Shown here: piece by piece, positions 33,558-44,637 of the stretch
How the letters are laid out: every line of letters starts with the position of its first letter
Numbering within the stretch: the stretch's first letter is position 1
The notes under the pieces: generated by a model
What the model saw: only the letters and a program-made list of their open reading frames with translations
Database searches by the model: none
What the model was told of the DNA's origin: nothing
Assembly (NCBI GenBank): GCA_017651185.1
Contig: JAGCDJ010000019.1
Coordinates: 265,726 to 329,725 of the forward strand
DNA from: Bacteroidales bacterium
GTDB taxonomy: Bacteria; Bacteroidota; Bacteroidia; Bacteroidales; ML635J-15
DNA length: 64,000 nucleotides
Direction of reading: 5' to 3'
Program-made: the position numbers and the translations under genes

Positions 33558-34721
33558 ATGGGTTTGTTTACAAAACTAAAGAATGAATTTATTGACATTA
33601 TTGAATGGTTAGACCCGTCCAATAATACGATAGTCTATCGTTTCGAGAGATATCAGAACGAAATAAAGATGGGCGCAAAACTTACCGTAAGGGAGTCGCA
33701 AGTTGCTGTATTCATCAATGAAGGCCAGATTGCCGATGTGTTCCAGCCGGGTATGTACACGTTGTCAACGCAAAACATGCCAATACTTGCAACCCTCAAA
33801 GGTTGGAAGTATGGATTCAACAGTCCTTTCAAGGCAGAGGTTTACTTTGTTAATACCAAGAAGTTCCTCGACAACAAGTGGGGAACTCCGAATCCGGTGA
33901 TGGTAAGGGACCCAGAATTTGGTCCTGTTCGTCTGCGTGCGTTCGGTGTATACGAATATAGGGTAGAGGATGCCGCTAAATTCATAAAGGACATTGTTGG
34001 TACAGATGGTGACTTTACCGTTGAAAAGATCAATAACCAGTTGCGTAACATCATAATTACCAGATTCTCAGATGCAGTTGCCGAATCAAAGATTCCAGTT
34101 CTTGATATGGCATCTAACTACAATGAGTTCTCGGAGAAGATTGGTCAGGTAATCATTGACGAATACAAGGAATACGGTTTGAACATGACCAAGTTCCTCG
34201 TTTCCAACATCAGTTTGCCAGAAGAAGTAGAAAAGGCAATGGACAAGCGTTCGAGCATGGGCGTACTTGGCGACCTCAACAGATACACGCAATTCCAGGC
34301 AGCAAATGCTATGGAAGCAGCAGCAACAAATCCTGGCGGAGGCGCTGCAGCATCAGGTATGGGCATGGGCATGGGATTTGCTATGGCAGGTCAGATGATG
34401 AACGCAATGAACCCGATGCAACAGCAAATGTACCAGCAACCACAGCAGGGCGGTTATCAGCAGCAACAACCAGTTGCTCCGCCACCAATGCCTGCACAAT
34501 CGACATTCTTTGTTGCAGTAAACGGACAGCAGTCCGGACCGTTCGACATGAATACATTGTCATCGATGGTTGCTAATGGTCAGTTGACCAAGGACACTTT
34601 AGTATGGAAGCAGGGAATGCCTTCATGGGCTGCTGCAGGTTCGGTACAGGAATTGTCATCGCTTTTCGGTGCAGTACCACCGCCAATGCCGGGAATGCCA
34701 CCAGTGCCACCACAAATGTAA
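33558..34721 (+). CDS. SPFH/band-7-like protein (COG4260 type) with a Q/P-rich linker and a C-terminal GYF_2-like domain
   Basis: MGLFTKLKNEFIDIIEWLD...VRESQVAVFINEGQIADVF. C-terminus FFVAVNGQQSGPFDMNTL...LVWKQGMPSWAAA. Confidence 0.75.
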   Translation: MGLFTKLKNEFIDIIEWLDPSNNTIVYRFERYQNEIKMGAKLTVRESQVAVFINEGQIADVFQPGMYTLSTQNMPILATLKGWKYGFNSPFKAEVYFVNTKKFLDNKWGTPNPVMVRDPEFGPVRLRAFGVYEYRVEDAAKFIKDIVGTDGDFTVEKINNQLRNIIITRFSDAVAESKIPVLDMASNYNEFSEKIGQVIIDEYKEYGLNMTKFLVSNISLPEEVEKAMDKRSSMGVLGDLNRYTQFQAANAMEAAATNPGGGAAASGMGMGMGFAMAGQMMNAMNPMQQQMYQQPQQGGYQQQQPVAPPPMPAQSTFFVAVNGQQSGPFDMNTLSSMVANGQLTKDTLVWKQGMPSWAAAGSVQELSSLFGAVPPPMPGMPPVPPQM

Positions 34722-34747
34722 TTGATTAACATTTAATAATTTAGAAT

Positions 34748-35131
34748 ATGAAACTAAGATGCTTTTTATTGGTTGTTTTTGCTGCATTAGCATTCGGCGC
34801 AAATGCGCAGACACTGACAGCAAACGAAATCCCCGACGGACTTAATCCCGACGACTACGGATACCCAAGGGTTGAGGAATACGAGCAGCAGATGCCAAAA
34901 GATGCAAATTTGTGTTCTCTTTCTTTTGAAAATGCTACCGGATACTACGTTGACGTTTGGATTGACAAGACATACAAGGGAAGAATAACCCCATGGAAAC
35001 GCATGTCCATGAAAATCATGTCTAAAGACAGTGAAGTGTATTTCAGAACCAGCGGCGGAACTTTCCAATGGTATTCAAAAGCAGATTGCGACAGTGCGTT
35101 TGTACTTGAAGTAGAAGAGGACGAAGACTAA
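34748..35131 (+). CDS. small secreted hypothetical protein
   Basis: 127 aa with signal peptide MKLRCFLLVVFAALAFGANAQ. Confidence 0.5.
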   Translation: MKLRCFLLVVFAALAFGANAQTLTANEIPDGLNPDDYGYPRVEEYEQQMPKDANLCSLSFENATGYYVDVWIDKTYKGRITPWKRMSMKIMSKDSEVYFRTSGGTFQWYSKADCDSAFVLEVEEDED

Positions 35132-36171
35132 TGCCGATAATTAGTGCTTTTGAAAAAGAACTTGCTATATTCTCGGACAAACTGAAAATGTCCGAGAATA
35201 TAGTCATTATACACCATTATAATCCAGATGGTGATGCTATAGGCTCGTCTCTTGGTTTATATAATGCCATTAAACAGACGGGCAAAAAAGTTTCGGTTAT
35301 CAGCCCATCCCAATTCCCCGACAATTTAAGATGGCTTCCTGGTGCAAAGGACATGAAAGTTGTCGGCAAGAAGACGCAAAGCGACATTACAATTCTCGAT
35401 GGGGCCGACATGATTATATGCGTCGACATGAATGCACGCAAACGTGTGGGTGTAATACAACCACAATTCGATAAGTCAACTGCATTCAAGGCCTTGCTTG
35501 ACCATCATCCTTTTGTCGAAACTTTTACGAATGTGGCAATAGCAGACACATCATATTCGTCGGCATGTGAACTTGTGTATGAGTTTATTGAGAACACTTT
35601 TCTAAACCAATACTTCAACACCGATGTAGTCACATGTCTATACACGGGAATACTTACAGATACCGGTTCCTTTGAATACAATTCGTCCAATCCGAACCTT
35701 TTCCGTGTAGTCGGTAAGATTATGGAATACGGCATAGAGAAGAACAAGATATACAATAGGTTGTTCAATGCATGGTCGGAGGACAGGATAAGGTTCATGG
35801 GATTTGTAACCTGCAGCAGAATGGTCGTCATGCCTGAATACAAGACGGCGTACATTTACATAACTGCGGAAGATAGACGTAAGTACAAGGAAAAATTCGG
35901 CGACACGGAAAATTTTGTGAACATTCCTATGCAAATAAAAGGAATAGTGTTTACTGCCATATTCATAGAGCGTGACAATTTCATCAAGGCAAGTTTCCGT
36001 TCTAAAGGAACATTTGATGTCAATTCTTTCAGTGCCAAGCATTTCAATGGTGGCGGACACGTCAATGCATCGGGCGGTGAAAGTTACGACAAACTTGATT
36101 CTACCTGCAAGAAATTTGAGGAACTTGTTTGTGGAGAATATGCTGAGGAATTAAAGAACTACATTTACTAA
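35131..36171 (+). CDS. nrnA: DHH-family oligoribonuclease / pAp phosphatase
   Basis: HHYNPDGDAIGS, LLDHHP, and DHHA1 GGGHVNASGG. Confidence 0.8.
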   Translation: MPIISAFEKELAIFSDKLKMSENIVIIHHYNPDGDAIGSSLGLYNAIKQTGKKVSVISPSQFPDNLRWLPGAKDMKVVGKKTQSDITILDGADMIICVDMNARKRVGVIQPQFDKSTAFKALLDHHPFVETFTNVAIADTSYSSACELVYEFIENTFLNQYFNTDVVTCLYTGILTDTGSFEYNSSNPNLFRVVGKIMEYGIEKNKIYNRLFNAWSEDRIRFMGFVTCSRMVVMPEYKTAYIYITAEDRRKYKEKFGDTENFVNIPMQIKGIVFTAIFIERDNFIKASFRSKGTFDVNSFSAKHFNGGGHVNASGGESYDKLDSTCKKFEELVCGEYAEELKNYIY

Positions 36172-36181
36172 ATCATGTAAC

Positions 36182-36766
36182 ATGTTTGTAAAAAGGTTGT
36201 TATATATAACAATTCTTGTAATCTCGGTTGCTTCGTGCAAGTCGAACAATGGGGAACAAACCGAAATAAAAGACCCTTATTCTAAAGTCAAGACAGAAAA
36301 GCAGGAGGAAACAATCCAGATAAACAAGGATATGCTTGATGTAAACAAGGATATTGTGGAAAAGTATATCGCACGACACAACTGGGAAATGACTGAAACA
36401 GAATCTGGACTGTTATATATGATTTATGCTAAAACCAACGATACAGAGGTAAAGAGCGGTGATGTTGTCGAGTTTTCTTTTAAGACATCATTGTTGAATG
36501 GAGATGTGCTTTACGATTCTGAGGCGACTGGTAACAGGAAAATGACTATCGACAGAAATCAGGATGAGTCGGGCCTTAATGAAGGTTTGAAACTTATGAA
36601 AAAAGGAGAGAAGGCGTATTTTATCCTACAGCCACATCTGGCATTCGGAGTTGCTGGCGACTCATACAAGATCCCGCCGTATTCTGTTTTGGTTTATGAT
36701 ATTGAAGTGGTTGACATAAAGTCACAGTTTAACGATTATCAGATAGACGGAGAGGTCGTTTTATAA
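36182..36766 (+). CDS. FKBP-type peptidyl-prolyl cis-trans isomerase (lipoprotein)
   Basis: LNEGLKLMKKGEKAYFILQPHLAFG...LVYDIEVVD. Confidence 0.8.
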   Translation: MFVKRLLYITILVISVASCKSNNGEQTEIKDPYSKVKTEKQEETIQINKDMLDVNKDIVEKYIARHNWEMTETESGLLYMIYAKTNDTEVKSGDVVEFSFKTSLLNGDVLYDSEATGNRKMTIDRNQDESGLNEGLKLMKKGEKAYFILQPHLAFGVAGDSYKIPPYSVLVYDIEVVDIKSQFNDYQIDGEVVL

Positions 36767-36769
36767 CAA

Positions 36770-37636
36770 ATGAAAAAGTTTGTTTACATATTAATATTGT
36801 TGCCAGTTGTATTTACACCGTATTCATGCAGTGATAAATACGGTGATTTTCAGGTTGCGGATTCTGGTTTGCAATATAGGATTGTGGAATCACACGAAAG
36901 TGCACCGCTTCCCAATATTGGAGATTTACTTGAACTTGAATATTCGTACGAAAAGGAAGATGGAACCATGCTTTTCGACTCGAATGAAGGTGGAAGAAAA
37001 TATATGAAGACCCTTGAAAAACCGGCACATACAGGTGGCAGTATCGAGGACGGACTTGCAATGATGCATGAGGGAGATTCTGCCTTGTTCAAGATTTCAG
37101 CAGAAAACTTTCTGCTTTTTTCGGAAAAATATGGTCATCTGCCAAACGGAGTCGATGCGCTCGATCCGATAGTCGTCAAAGTTCGCATAGTTGACATTAT
37201 GGACGAAAAGGATATGGAAGTGTATCTGTCATCACGCTTCCACACTGGTGAGGAAAAGGAAATGGAAATCCTTGAAAACTATCTAAAAAACGCAAATATT
37301 ACAACTGAACCAACCGCATCGGGACTTTATTTCATTGAACGCAATGCAGGTTCTGGCGATTATATAAAAGAAGGCAATGAAGTTGCTGTAAACTATACGC
37401 TTACGCTCACCGATGGTTCCCTGGTGGAAACTACACTTGGTCAGGAACCGATGTCGTTCGTTTTTGGTAGGGACAAGTTCATTGCGGGCTGGGAGGAAGC
37501 CATGCGTATGATGAAAAAAGGCATGACGGCAACCGTAATCATTCCATCGAAATTAGGTTATGGTTCTGAAACCAAGGGTGATATTTTGCCTTATTCGACA
37601 TTGATATTTGATATTGAAATCCTTGATGTTAAATGA
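36770..37636 (+). CDS. FKBP-type peptidyl-prolyl cis-trans isomerase
   Basis: FIAGWEEAMRMMKKGMTATVIIPSKLGYG...LIFDIEILDV. Confidence 0.85.
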   Translation: MKKFVYILILLPVVFTPYSCSDKYGDFQVADSGLQYRIVESHESAPLPNIGDLLELEYSYEKEDGTMLFDSNEGGRKYMKTLEKPAHTGGSIEDGLAMMHEGDSALFKISAENFLLFSEKYGHLPNGVDALDPIVVKVRIVDIMDEKDMEVYLSSRFHTGEEKEMEILENYLKNANITTEPTASGLYFIERNAGSGDYIKEGNEVAVNYTLTLTDGSLVETTLGQEPMSFVFGRDKFIAGWEEAMRMMKKGMTATVIIPSKLGYGSETKGDILPYSTLIFDIEILDVK

Positions 37637-38679
37637 AATATAGGTTTGTCATATTGCTATTGCTCTCGTCTGCTATCATGACGGTGATTTCGTGTAAAGA
37701 CAAGGAAAAGAAAACGGACGAAACGACGCAAACTCCTGAAAACAAAAGCTCTGATCTTACGCAGGAGGAGATAGATTCGCTTCTTTCACAATGGGACTAC
37801 AGCAACGATTCCGGTCAGGTTACAATGATGGTCTTTGGTGAAAACGGAGAAGCCGAATATATTGTCGAACATCCTGAAAATGTGTTCCTTAAGACCGCTA
37901 CAGGCATTGAATACAAGATAGTGAAAGCATCAAAGTCGCGTAAAACGCCAAAGATTGGCGATGTCATGTATATGAATATGTCGTATCGTACCGAAAAAGG
38001 TGATTCGTTGCTGTTTTCAAGTTCCGACTTAAATGAAGAATTTAAGATGCGGTTGTCGGCACCAAGTGACAAAGGTTGCATAGAGGAAGCGTTTATGCTT
38101 ATGCACGAAGGTGACAGTGCTATTTTTAAGATTGATGCCATAAAGTTCTTTGTAAAGTCGCAAGGCAAAGCGAGTATTCCAGCATTCATCAGCAAGGGTG
38201 ACCGACTTGTATTTAATGTGAAAATGAAAAAGATTGTGTCGGGAATTGATTATGCCAACTCAAACAAGGATATTATACAAAAGCGAATTGAGGAGGAGAA
38301 TAGCCTGATTAACAGATTCTTGATAGATAAGAAATATCCGCAGAAAAGAACAGACAGCGGACTGTACATCCTTACTATAAATAAAGGTGCAGGCAAGAAA
38401 CCTGCAGTCGGAAATACTGTGAAAATCGACTACACCGCTGCATTTATCGATGGATCGGTATTCGATTCTACATTGGAACGTTCAGAACCTTTCTCGTTCG
38501 TAATTGGCAAGAAGCAAGTCATTCTTGGTCTTGAGGAAGCAGTAATGAATATGCAAGTTGGCGACCATTGCCTTGTAATCATTCCGTTCCGATTGGCATA
38601 CGGTGACCAAAAATATGGTAACGTAATCCCACCATTCAGCACATTAGTCTTTGAAATAGAATTACTTGATGCAAAATAA
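37633..38679 (+). CDS. FKBP-type peptidyl-prolyl cis-trans isomerase
   Basis: VILGLEEAVMNMQVGDHCLVIIPFRLAYG...LVFEIELLDA. Confidence 0.85.
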   Translation: MKYRFVILLLLSSAIMTVISCKDKEKKTDETTQTPENKSSDLTQEEIDSLLSQWDYSNDSGQVTMMVFGENGEAEYIVEHPENVFLKTATGIEYKIVKASKSRKTPKIGDVMYMNMSYRTEKGDSLLFSSSDLNEEFKMRLSAPSDKGCIEEAFMLMHEGDSAIFKIDAIKFFVKSQGKASIPAFISKGDRLVFNVKMKKIVSGIDYANSNKDIIQKRIEEENSLINRFLIDKKYPQKRTDSGLYILTINKGAGKKPAVGNTVKIDYTAAFIDGSVFDSTLERSEPFSFVIGKKQVILGLEEAVMNMQVGDHCLVIIPFRLAYGDQKYGNVIPPFSTLVFEIELLDAK

Positions 38680-39277
38680 ACGAGAAATATTGCTCTATTT
38701 CGGTTCGTTCAATCCGATTCACATTGGACATCTTGCCATTGCAAACTATCTCGTTGAATATACGGGAGTTAATGAACTGTGGTTTGTAGTTACTCCTCAT
38801 AATCCACTTAAGAAATCATCGACTTTGATTGATGACAGAGTTCGTCAACATTTGGTTCAACTGGCAATTGGCAACTATCCGAAATTCAGAGTTTCGGACA
38901 TAGAGTTCTACTTGCCAAAACCTAACTACACAATCAATACGTTGACACACCTTTCCGAAAAATTTCCCGACTACAATTTCAGCATACTAATTGGCGGCGA
39001 CAACCTTGAAACTTTCCACAAATGGAAAAACTACGATGTCATATTGAAAAACTACAAGATATATGTCTATCGTCGTCCAGGATGCAAGATTGTCGAATAC
39101 GAAAATTCCAATATCGAAATTGTTGATGCTCCGCTAATTGAGATTTCGTCGAGCTTTATTCGCGAATCGATAAGGCAAGGAAAGGATGTGCGGTTCTTCA
39201 TGCCCGAAGAGGTTGCTCGCTACATAGACCAGATGGGCTACTGGAAAGAAAAAACTTGTTTTTTACCAAAAGAGTAG
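38666..39277 (+). CDS. nadD: nicotinate-nucleotide adenylyltransferase
   Basis: GSFNPIHIGHLAIA (HxGH) and ISSSFIR. Confidence 0.9.
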   Translation: MMQNKREILLYFGSFNPIHIGHLAIANYLVEYTGVNELWFVVTPHNPLKKSSTLIDDRVRQHLVQLAIGNYPKFRVSDIEFYLPKPNYTINTLTHLSEKFPDYNFSILIGGDNLETFHKWKNYDVILKNYKIYVYRRPGCKIVEYENSNIEIVDAPLIEISSSFIRESIRQGKDVRFFMPEEVARYIDQMGYWKEKTCFLPKE

Positions 39278-39287
39278 CAATCTGACA

Positions 39288-41687
39288 ATGAAACCATTAA
39301 CTAAAAAGATAATCACACATGCAGTCATAGTGCTGCTATTTTTTGTCATTGCTGTAGTATATATGCATCCTATTCTTGGCGGCAAAATAATCGCTCAGGG
39401 CGATGTCATGCAATACCGCTGGACGTCAAGCGAATATGCCAAGTTTAAACAAGAGACAGGGGAGACTGCCTATTGGAATAGTTCTGCTTTTTGCGGAATG
39501 CCCATGTATCAGATGCATAACATACCATCGAAGAACTTGTTTCAACCGCTGAAATATGTGCTAACGCTTACTTTTATTGGAGACGGTACGGAAGGCAGAA
39601 ACTGCGACTGGGGAATAATCTTCCTTTATCTGCTTGGATTTTATGTTGCATTGTCTGCTCTCGGCTTAAATACATGGTTGAGTTTGTTCGGTGCAATCGC
39701 TTTTGGTTTTGGAAGTTACAATATAATAATTATTGAGACAGGGCACATAACAAAGGCATGGGCAATATCGATGATTGCGCCGATTTTGGCAGGTATGATT
39801 CTCGCTTTCCGCAAAAAATATCTATGGGGAATGTTGCTGTTTACAATTGCTCTCGGACTTCAAATTCAGTTCAACCACATACAGATTACTTATTATACAT
39901 TGCTGATGGCTGTTGTTGTTGGACTAGTTTATTTGGTGTACTCCATTAAGAATAAGGAGTTTAAGCATTTCGCAAAAGGAGTAGGGGGGCTTGCGATTTG
40001 TGCGGTTCTTGTACTATTGTCAACATCGCGGTACTTTATGGTGAATGCCGAATATGTGAAGCATACAATGCGTGGTGGTTCTGAAATCACTGTCAATGAA
40101 CATGATTTGTACGGAACCGAAAACCAAACAAATAGCATTGATGGACTTGATGCTGACTATGCTACGGAATGGAGTTACGGCAAGGCAGAAACAATGACTT
40201 TGCTCGTGCCTGGATTATACGGAGGCAGTTCCGATGAATTGTACTGGGGCGATCAGCGCTTCACAAACGGAACAGTATATATAGGAGCAATAATTGTTTT
40301 CCTGTTTTTGCTAGGTTTACTGGTAGTTAAGGAGCAGGAACGCTGGTGGTTGCTTGCAACTGCCATTATTGGAATACTATTGGCGTGGGGTGGCAACTTG
40401 CAATGGTTCAATGTCTTACTGCGCGACTATCTGCCGATGTACAACAAGTTCCGTTCGCCATCGATGAGTCTTGTGATTGTAAGTGTGTCGGCGGTAATAA
40501 TGGCATTGCTTGCCTTGCGGCAAATTTTCAATGATGTCGACCGTAAAAAGTACAACATTCCGCTTTATATTTCTGCTGGTATAACATTGATAACCTGCGC
40601 ATTGGTAGCAATTGTAGGTCCTCATGTAGGGTCGTTCAGCGGAGCAGGGGATGTCGATCTCGCAAAGAGTACAATAGATGCACTTGTCGCTGACCGTAAA
40701 AGCATGATGACCACCGATGCTTGGAGGTCGTTTGGTTTTGTGCTTGCAAGTGCAGTGACTTTGTGGTTGTATCTCAATGAGAAGTTGAAAAATAGCAAGT
40801 TAATTGTATCAATAATAGGTGTCCTTGTCATAATCGACCTTGTTGGAATTGACAATAGGTACTTGAATGACAGCAAGTACATAAAGGTATCTGCTCTTGA
40901 TTTGAAACCAGACGACGGTGATAAGCAGATATATGAAATGGCAAAGGAAAACAATGATATTGACTATCGTGTGTATAACATAAAACCAAAGTATGGAAGT
41001 GCGTTTAATGACGCACGCACATCGGCGTTTCATCACTCGGCTGGCGGATATAGTGCTGTAAAACTCGGCAGATATCAAGATGTTATGGAATTATATTTGG
41101 CACATTACAACAAAAATGTAATGAATATGCTGAATATCAGATATTTCGTAAAATTCAAGGATGAAAAGTATCAGGTTCTCAGAAACACCGATGCTTATGG
41201 GAATGCTTGGTTTGTGGATTCTGTAAAATATGTAGATTCAGCCAATGAGGAGATTTTGGCTCTAAATAATGATAATCTAAAAAATACTGCAATCGTAAAC
41301 AAAAATGAATTTGATGGATTGCCTGCAACTTATGAGCATGACTTAACTGCGGAAATTTCTCTGGTTAGCGAAAAAAACTACAATCCAAATTTGCGCAAAT
41401 ATTCTGTTCGTACCAACAAAAATGCCTTGGCTGTATTTTCCGAAATTTATTATAGTCCTGATTGGCGGGCGTATATTGACGGAAATCCGGCAGAATATTT
41501 CCGTGCCAATTATCTGTTGAGAGCAATGGAAATCCCAGCAGGTGAACATGCAGTAGAATTTCGTAACGAAGCACCGACTTTCCATAAATGGGAAACCGTT
41601 GAACTTGTTTTTTCAATTTTTCTTGCAATTCTGATTGTTGCAGCAATAATCTTTAATTTTCGGAAAAAGAAAGATGTGATTAATTAA
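39288..41687 (+). CDS. yfhO: YfhO-family polytopic membrane protein (putative glycosyltransferase)
   Basis: 799 aa with many TM spans. The N-terminus HPILGGKIIAQGDVMQY...WNSSAFCGMPMYQM resembles Bacteroidetes YfhO proteins. Confidence 0.7.
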   Translation: MKPLTKKIITHAVIVLLFFVIAVVYMHPILGGKIIAQGDVMQYRWTSSEYAKFKQETGETAYWNSSAFCGMPMYQMHNIPSKNLFQPLKYVLTLTFIGDGTEGRNCDWGIIFLYLLGFYVALSALGLNTWLSLFGAIAFGFGSYNIIIIETGHITKAWAISMIAPILAGMILAFRKKYLWGMLLFTIALGLQIQFNHIQITYYTLLMAVVVGLVYLVYSIKNKEFKHFAKGVGGLAICAVLVLLSTSRYFMVNAEYVKHTMRGGSEITVNEHDLYGTENQTNSIDGLDADYATEWSYGKAETMTLLVPGLYGGSSDELYWGDQRFTNGTVYIGAIIVFLFLLGLLVVKEQERWWLLATAIIGILLAWGGNLQWFNVLLRDYLPMYNKFRSPSMSLVIVSVSAVIMALLALRQIFNDVDRKKYNIPLYISAGITLITCALVAIVGPHVGSFSGAGDVDLAKSTIDALVADRKSMMTTDAWRSFGFVLASAVTLWLYLNEKLKNSKLIVSIIGVLVIIDLVGIDNRYLNDSKYIKVSALDLKPDDGDKQIYEMAKENNDIDYRVYNIKPKYGSAFNDARTSAFHHSAGGYSAVKLGRYQDVMELYLAHYNKNVMNMLNIRYFVKFKDEKYQVLRNTDAYGNAWFVDSVKYVDSANEEILALNNDNLKNTAIVNKNEFDGLPATYEHDLTAEISLVSEKNYNPNLRKYSVRTNKNALAVFSEIYYSPDWRAYIDGNPAEYFRANYLLRAMEIPAGEHAVEFRNEAPTFHKWETVELVFSIFLAILIVAAIIFNFRKKKDVIN

Positions 41688-41864
41688 TGGATAATTTTCC
41701 CTTGTAGGAGTGTTATGTGAAATGCTATTTTACATAATATAAATTATAAGACAAATGCAACAAGAAAAATAAGTCCCGAATTTTATGAAAAAATCCGGCA
41801 AATCTTAATCATGCATCAATTATGGGAAATTACGGATTTAGAAAAAAGCAATCAAAATAAAAAC

Positions 41865-42698
41865 TTATGGTTCAACCATAAAATTCAGGGAAAAATTTGA
41901 ATTTGGACTCAATTGCATTTCGTTGATTGATTCATTGTCGCAAAAATTTTCTACTGACAATTCCGTCTTTTCGTAGATTGGAATTACTGCATCATAAATA
42001 CGTTCAATAATCTTTATTTGTCCATCCATGCTGTACGTAATCTTTTGCGGCATCCATCCACAACCGCCAATCTGTATATAATTGTCGAAACTAATGGAAT
42101 ACAAATGTCCATCATCACGTTTACGCTGAACCATCTGAGGCAATAAAGTTTGAGTATCAAACCAAATCTGGTTGTTTTTTTCTGTTTCTTCGCCATAATT
42201 GGAAACTCCAACTATGTACGATTTGCGTTTACTTTCAGGATTTTCGTAAGTACAAAATTCAGAAGTGTTTACAAATCCTGTCTGTTCAATTCTTGTCATC
42301 ATTTCGTCTGCAGTCATTCCATACAAATCCATGACTATAAACACAAAATCGTTGATTCCCTGCTTCGACGAAATCATTTCTCCATCTTTAAAAGCGTATA
42401 TCGTATCGTTCCTATAGATATATCCGTCATCGTTAATCAGGTCAGTCTTAATGATATGCTGCGACGGTCTAACATATTCGGCACTGCAAGTGCTACGTTT
42501 TTCACTGTTGTCGTCATTGAACTTGACAACAGAAATCATATACCTTATATTATTGAACCAGTTGGCGCAGTAACGCTTTTCTATTGCAGTAAACAACCCC
42601 TTTGCTGACCTTATGTTTGAGCATGAAGTTGCCGACAAAAGGATCATGATTCCTATTGTCAGCAGGATAACGAATCTATTTCTCGATATTTTATTCAT
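41865..42698 (-). CDS. hypothetical lipoprotein
   Basis: 277 aa with lipobox LLSATSCSN and no recognisable motif. Confidence 0.55.
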   Translation of the reverse strand: MNKISRNRFVILLTIGIMILLSATSCSNIRSAKGLFTAIEKRYCANWFNNIRYMISVVKFNDDNSEKRSTCSAEYVRPSQHIIKTDLINDDGYIYRNDTIYAFKDGEMISSKQGINDFVFIVMDLYGMTADEMMTRIEQTGFVNTSEFCTYENPESKRKSYIVGVSNYGEETEKNNQIWFDTQTLLPQMVQRKRDDGHLYSISFDNYIQIGGCGWMPQKITYSMDGQIKIIERIYDAVIPIYEKTELSVENFCDNESINEMQLSPNSNFSLNFMVEP

Positions 42699-42753
42699 TT
42701 ACATACAGTCCAATCATAATAACTTATTTATTGGCAAAATATTGTCTTGATTG

Positions 42754-44004
42754 TTAAAGAATTTGTCCGTTAAGAATTACTGTGTCAACCAAATCGGTAC
42801 AATAAGCATACGGCATAAATTCTATTGACGGTATTTCCTTGGTTATGAACACATTTGCTTTCTTTCCTACGGTAATACTTCCTGCTATGTCGCTAACGCC
42901 CATTGCGTATGCCGAGTTTAGCGTTGCTGCGATGATTGCCTCTTCGGGCAACATCTTGTAGTTGACACAAGCAAGCGACATCATGAATTTCATGTTTCCT
43001 GCTGGCGATGAACCGGGATTGTAATCGGAAGCAATTGCAACCGGAAGTCCTGCTGCAATCATCTTACGTGCAGGTGCGTAAGGCATATTCAGGAAAAATG
43101 CAGCGCCAGGAAGAATCGTAGGCATGGTTTCGCTATCCTTCAAAACCGCAATTTCCTCGTCGCCAGTATATTCAATATGGTCGACCGAAAGAGCGTTGTA
43201 CTTCACGCCAACTTGTATTCCGCCTGATTTTGCCATTTCGTTGGCGTGGATTTTCGGTCTCATACCATATTTTATTCCTGCCATTAAAATTCTTTCGGTC
43301 TGTTCAACCGTAAAGAATCCCTTGTCGCAGAAGACATCCACAAAATCGGCAAGTTCTTCTGCCGCAACCAATGGCAACATTTCATTTATAATCTTGTCGA
43401 CATAAGCATCTGGATCTTCCTTGTATTCCAATGGTGTTGCATGAGCACCAAGGAATGTAGAACGAACGATGAGCGGAGTAGTTTCCTTTATGCGCTTTAT
43501 TACACGCAACATTTTCAGTTCGCTCTCGGTATCAAGGCCATAACCGCTTTTTATCTCAACTGCACCAGTGCCAAACGAAATGATTTCGTTGATGCGTTCC
43601 ATCGCTTGTGCATAAAGATCGTCCTCGCTAGTGTTGCGCAGACGTTCTGCCGAATTGAGGATTCCCCCACCCCTTTTCGCTATCTGCTCGTAACTCAATC
43701 CTCTAATCTTGTCGCTATATTCAATTTCACGGCTGCCAGCATATACCAAATGGGTGTGCGAATCGCAGAAAGACGGAAATACCATCTTGCCAGTAGCATC
43801 AATTTCCATGCTCTTCTCATCATCCTCATCCCAGTTTGGATTCAAGTCCGACATCTTGCCGTACGAATGGATTTTGTCGTCTTCAATAATAAGGTATGCA
43901 TCCTTTATCGTCTGCAAATTCGACATCTCCTCTCCTTTCGCCAGCAATCGACCGCTTTCGTCAACGTTGACCAATTCCTTTATGTTGCTTATCAAAGTTT
44001 TCAT
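42754..44004 (-). CDS. hutI: imidazolonepropionase
   Basis: Amidohydrolase motifs DSHTHLVYAG, KIHANEM, SVDHIEY and ASDYNPGSSP. Confidence 0.85.
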   Translation of the reverse strand: MKTLISNIKELVNVDESGRLLAKGEEMSNLQTIKDAYLIIEDDKIHSYGKMSDLNPNWDEDDEKSMEIDATGKMVFPSFCDSHTHLVYAGSREIEYSDKIRGLSYEQIAKRGGGILNSAERLRNTSEDDLYAQAMERINEIISFGTGAVEIKSGYGLDTESELKMLRVIKRIKETTPLIVRSTFLGAHATPLEYKEDPDAYVDKIINEMLPLVAAEELADFVDVFCDKGFFTVEQTERILMAGIKYGMRPKIHANEMAKSGGIQVGVKYNALSVDHIEYTGDEEIAVLKDSETMPTILPGAAFFLNMPYAPARKMIAAGLPVAIASDYNPGSSPAGNMKFMMSLACVNYKMLPEEAIIAATLNSAYAMGVSDIAGSITVGKKANVFITKEIPSIEFMPYAYCTDLVDTVILNGQIL

Positions 44005-44015
44005 TTCTAGTGTAT

Positions 44016-44315
44016 TTATCTAATAATCAATTCGTCTATTATACATGCACCTGCTGTGTCGTTAATCCTTTGTAGGAGTTGGTGACGCATCATCATCATC
44101 TCGTTGCGGATAATGGCAGATTTAATCTTGACAAACATTTTGCGTCTGTCGAAAGAAATATCTTCGGTGTATTTGGCAACGTATTCTCCTGATATTTCGC
44201 TCCATAGAGAAATTATCCTATGCTTGCGGTAATTTTCTGCCAACTTTGGGTTGGCTTCCAGCACCACATTTATCAGCGACCCAATCTGTTCGTTACCCTG
44301 CCTTTTCATTAACAT
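44016..44315 (-). CDS. DUF721 (DciA-like) protein
   Basis: ...ISLWSEISGEYVAKYTEDISFDRRKMFVKIKSAIIRNEMMMMRHQLLQRIN. I set the start at the first ATG after a TATCTTTG box. Confidence 0.6.
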   Translation of the reverse strand: MLMKRQGNEQIGSLINVVLEANPKLAENYRKHRIISLWSEISGEYVAKYTEDISFDRRKMFVKIKSAIIRNEMMMMRHQLLQRINDTAGACIIDELIIR

Positions 44316-44329
44316 TTCTTTAAGGGTTG

Positions 44330-44337
44330 CAAAGATA
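44330..44337 (-). promoter_or_regulatory. -7 promoter box (TATCTTTG) for the DUF721-hutI unit
   Basis: Plus-strand caaagata. It lies inside the longer track ORF (44016-44360). Confidence 0.45.
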
Positions 44338-44637
44338 TAACATATTGCCATTACACCCAAACAAAAAAATGCATCCGACGCAAATTAAATGAAGAATATT
44401 TCTTTGCAGATATTACAATATTAGTTACCTTCGCAATTTTAAAAAGGAATTTGAGTTTAACAATAAAAATTGCTTGCAAAAGGATGTTTGGCAAGACAAA
44501 AAACGTTGATATTCATTGTGGTATAGGACATTATGGTTCTGTACTCCCCTTTTGTTCGCAAGATGAAAGAAAAATACTCTTCAGCCGTGTTTTGCGGTTG
44601 ACATTTATAAATTAATACACACTTAATTATCTTATTT

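Noticed and set aside
36182-38679. Three tandem FKBP isomerase genes as an unusual expansion
   Set aside because: As I recall, tandem FKBP/FkpA-type genes are a common conserved arrangement in Bacteroidetes. Nothing atypical was seen in the sequences.
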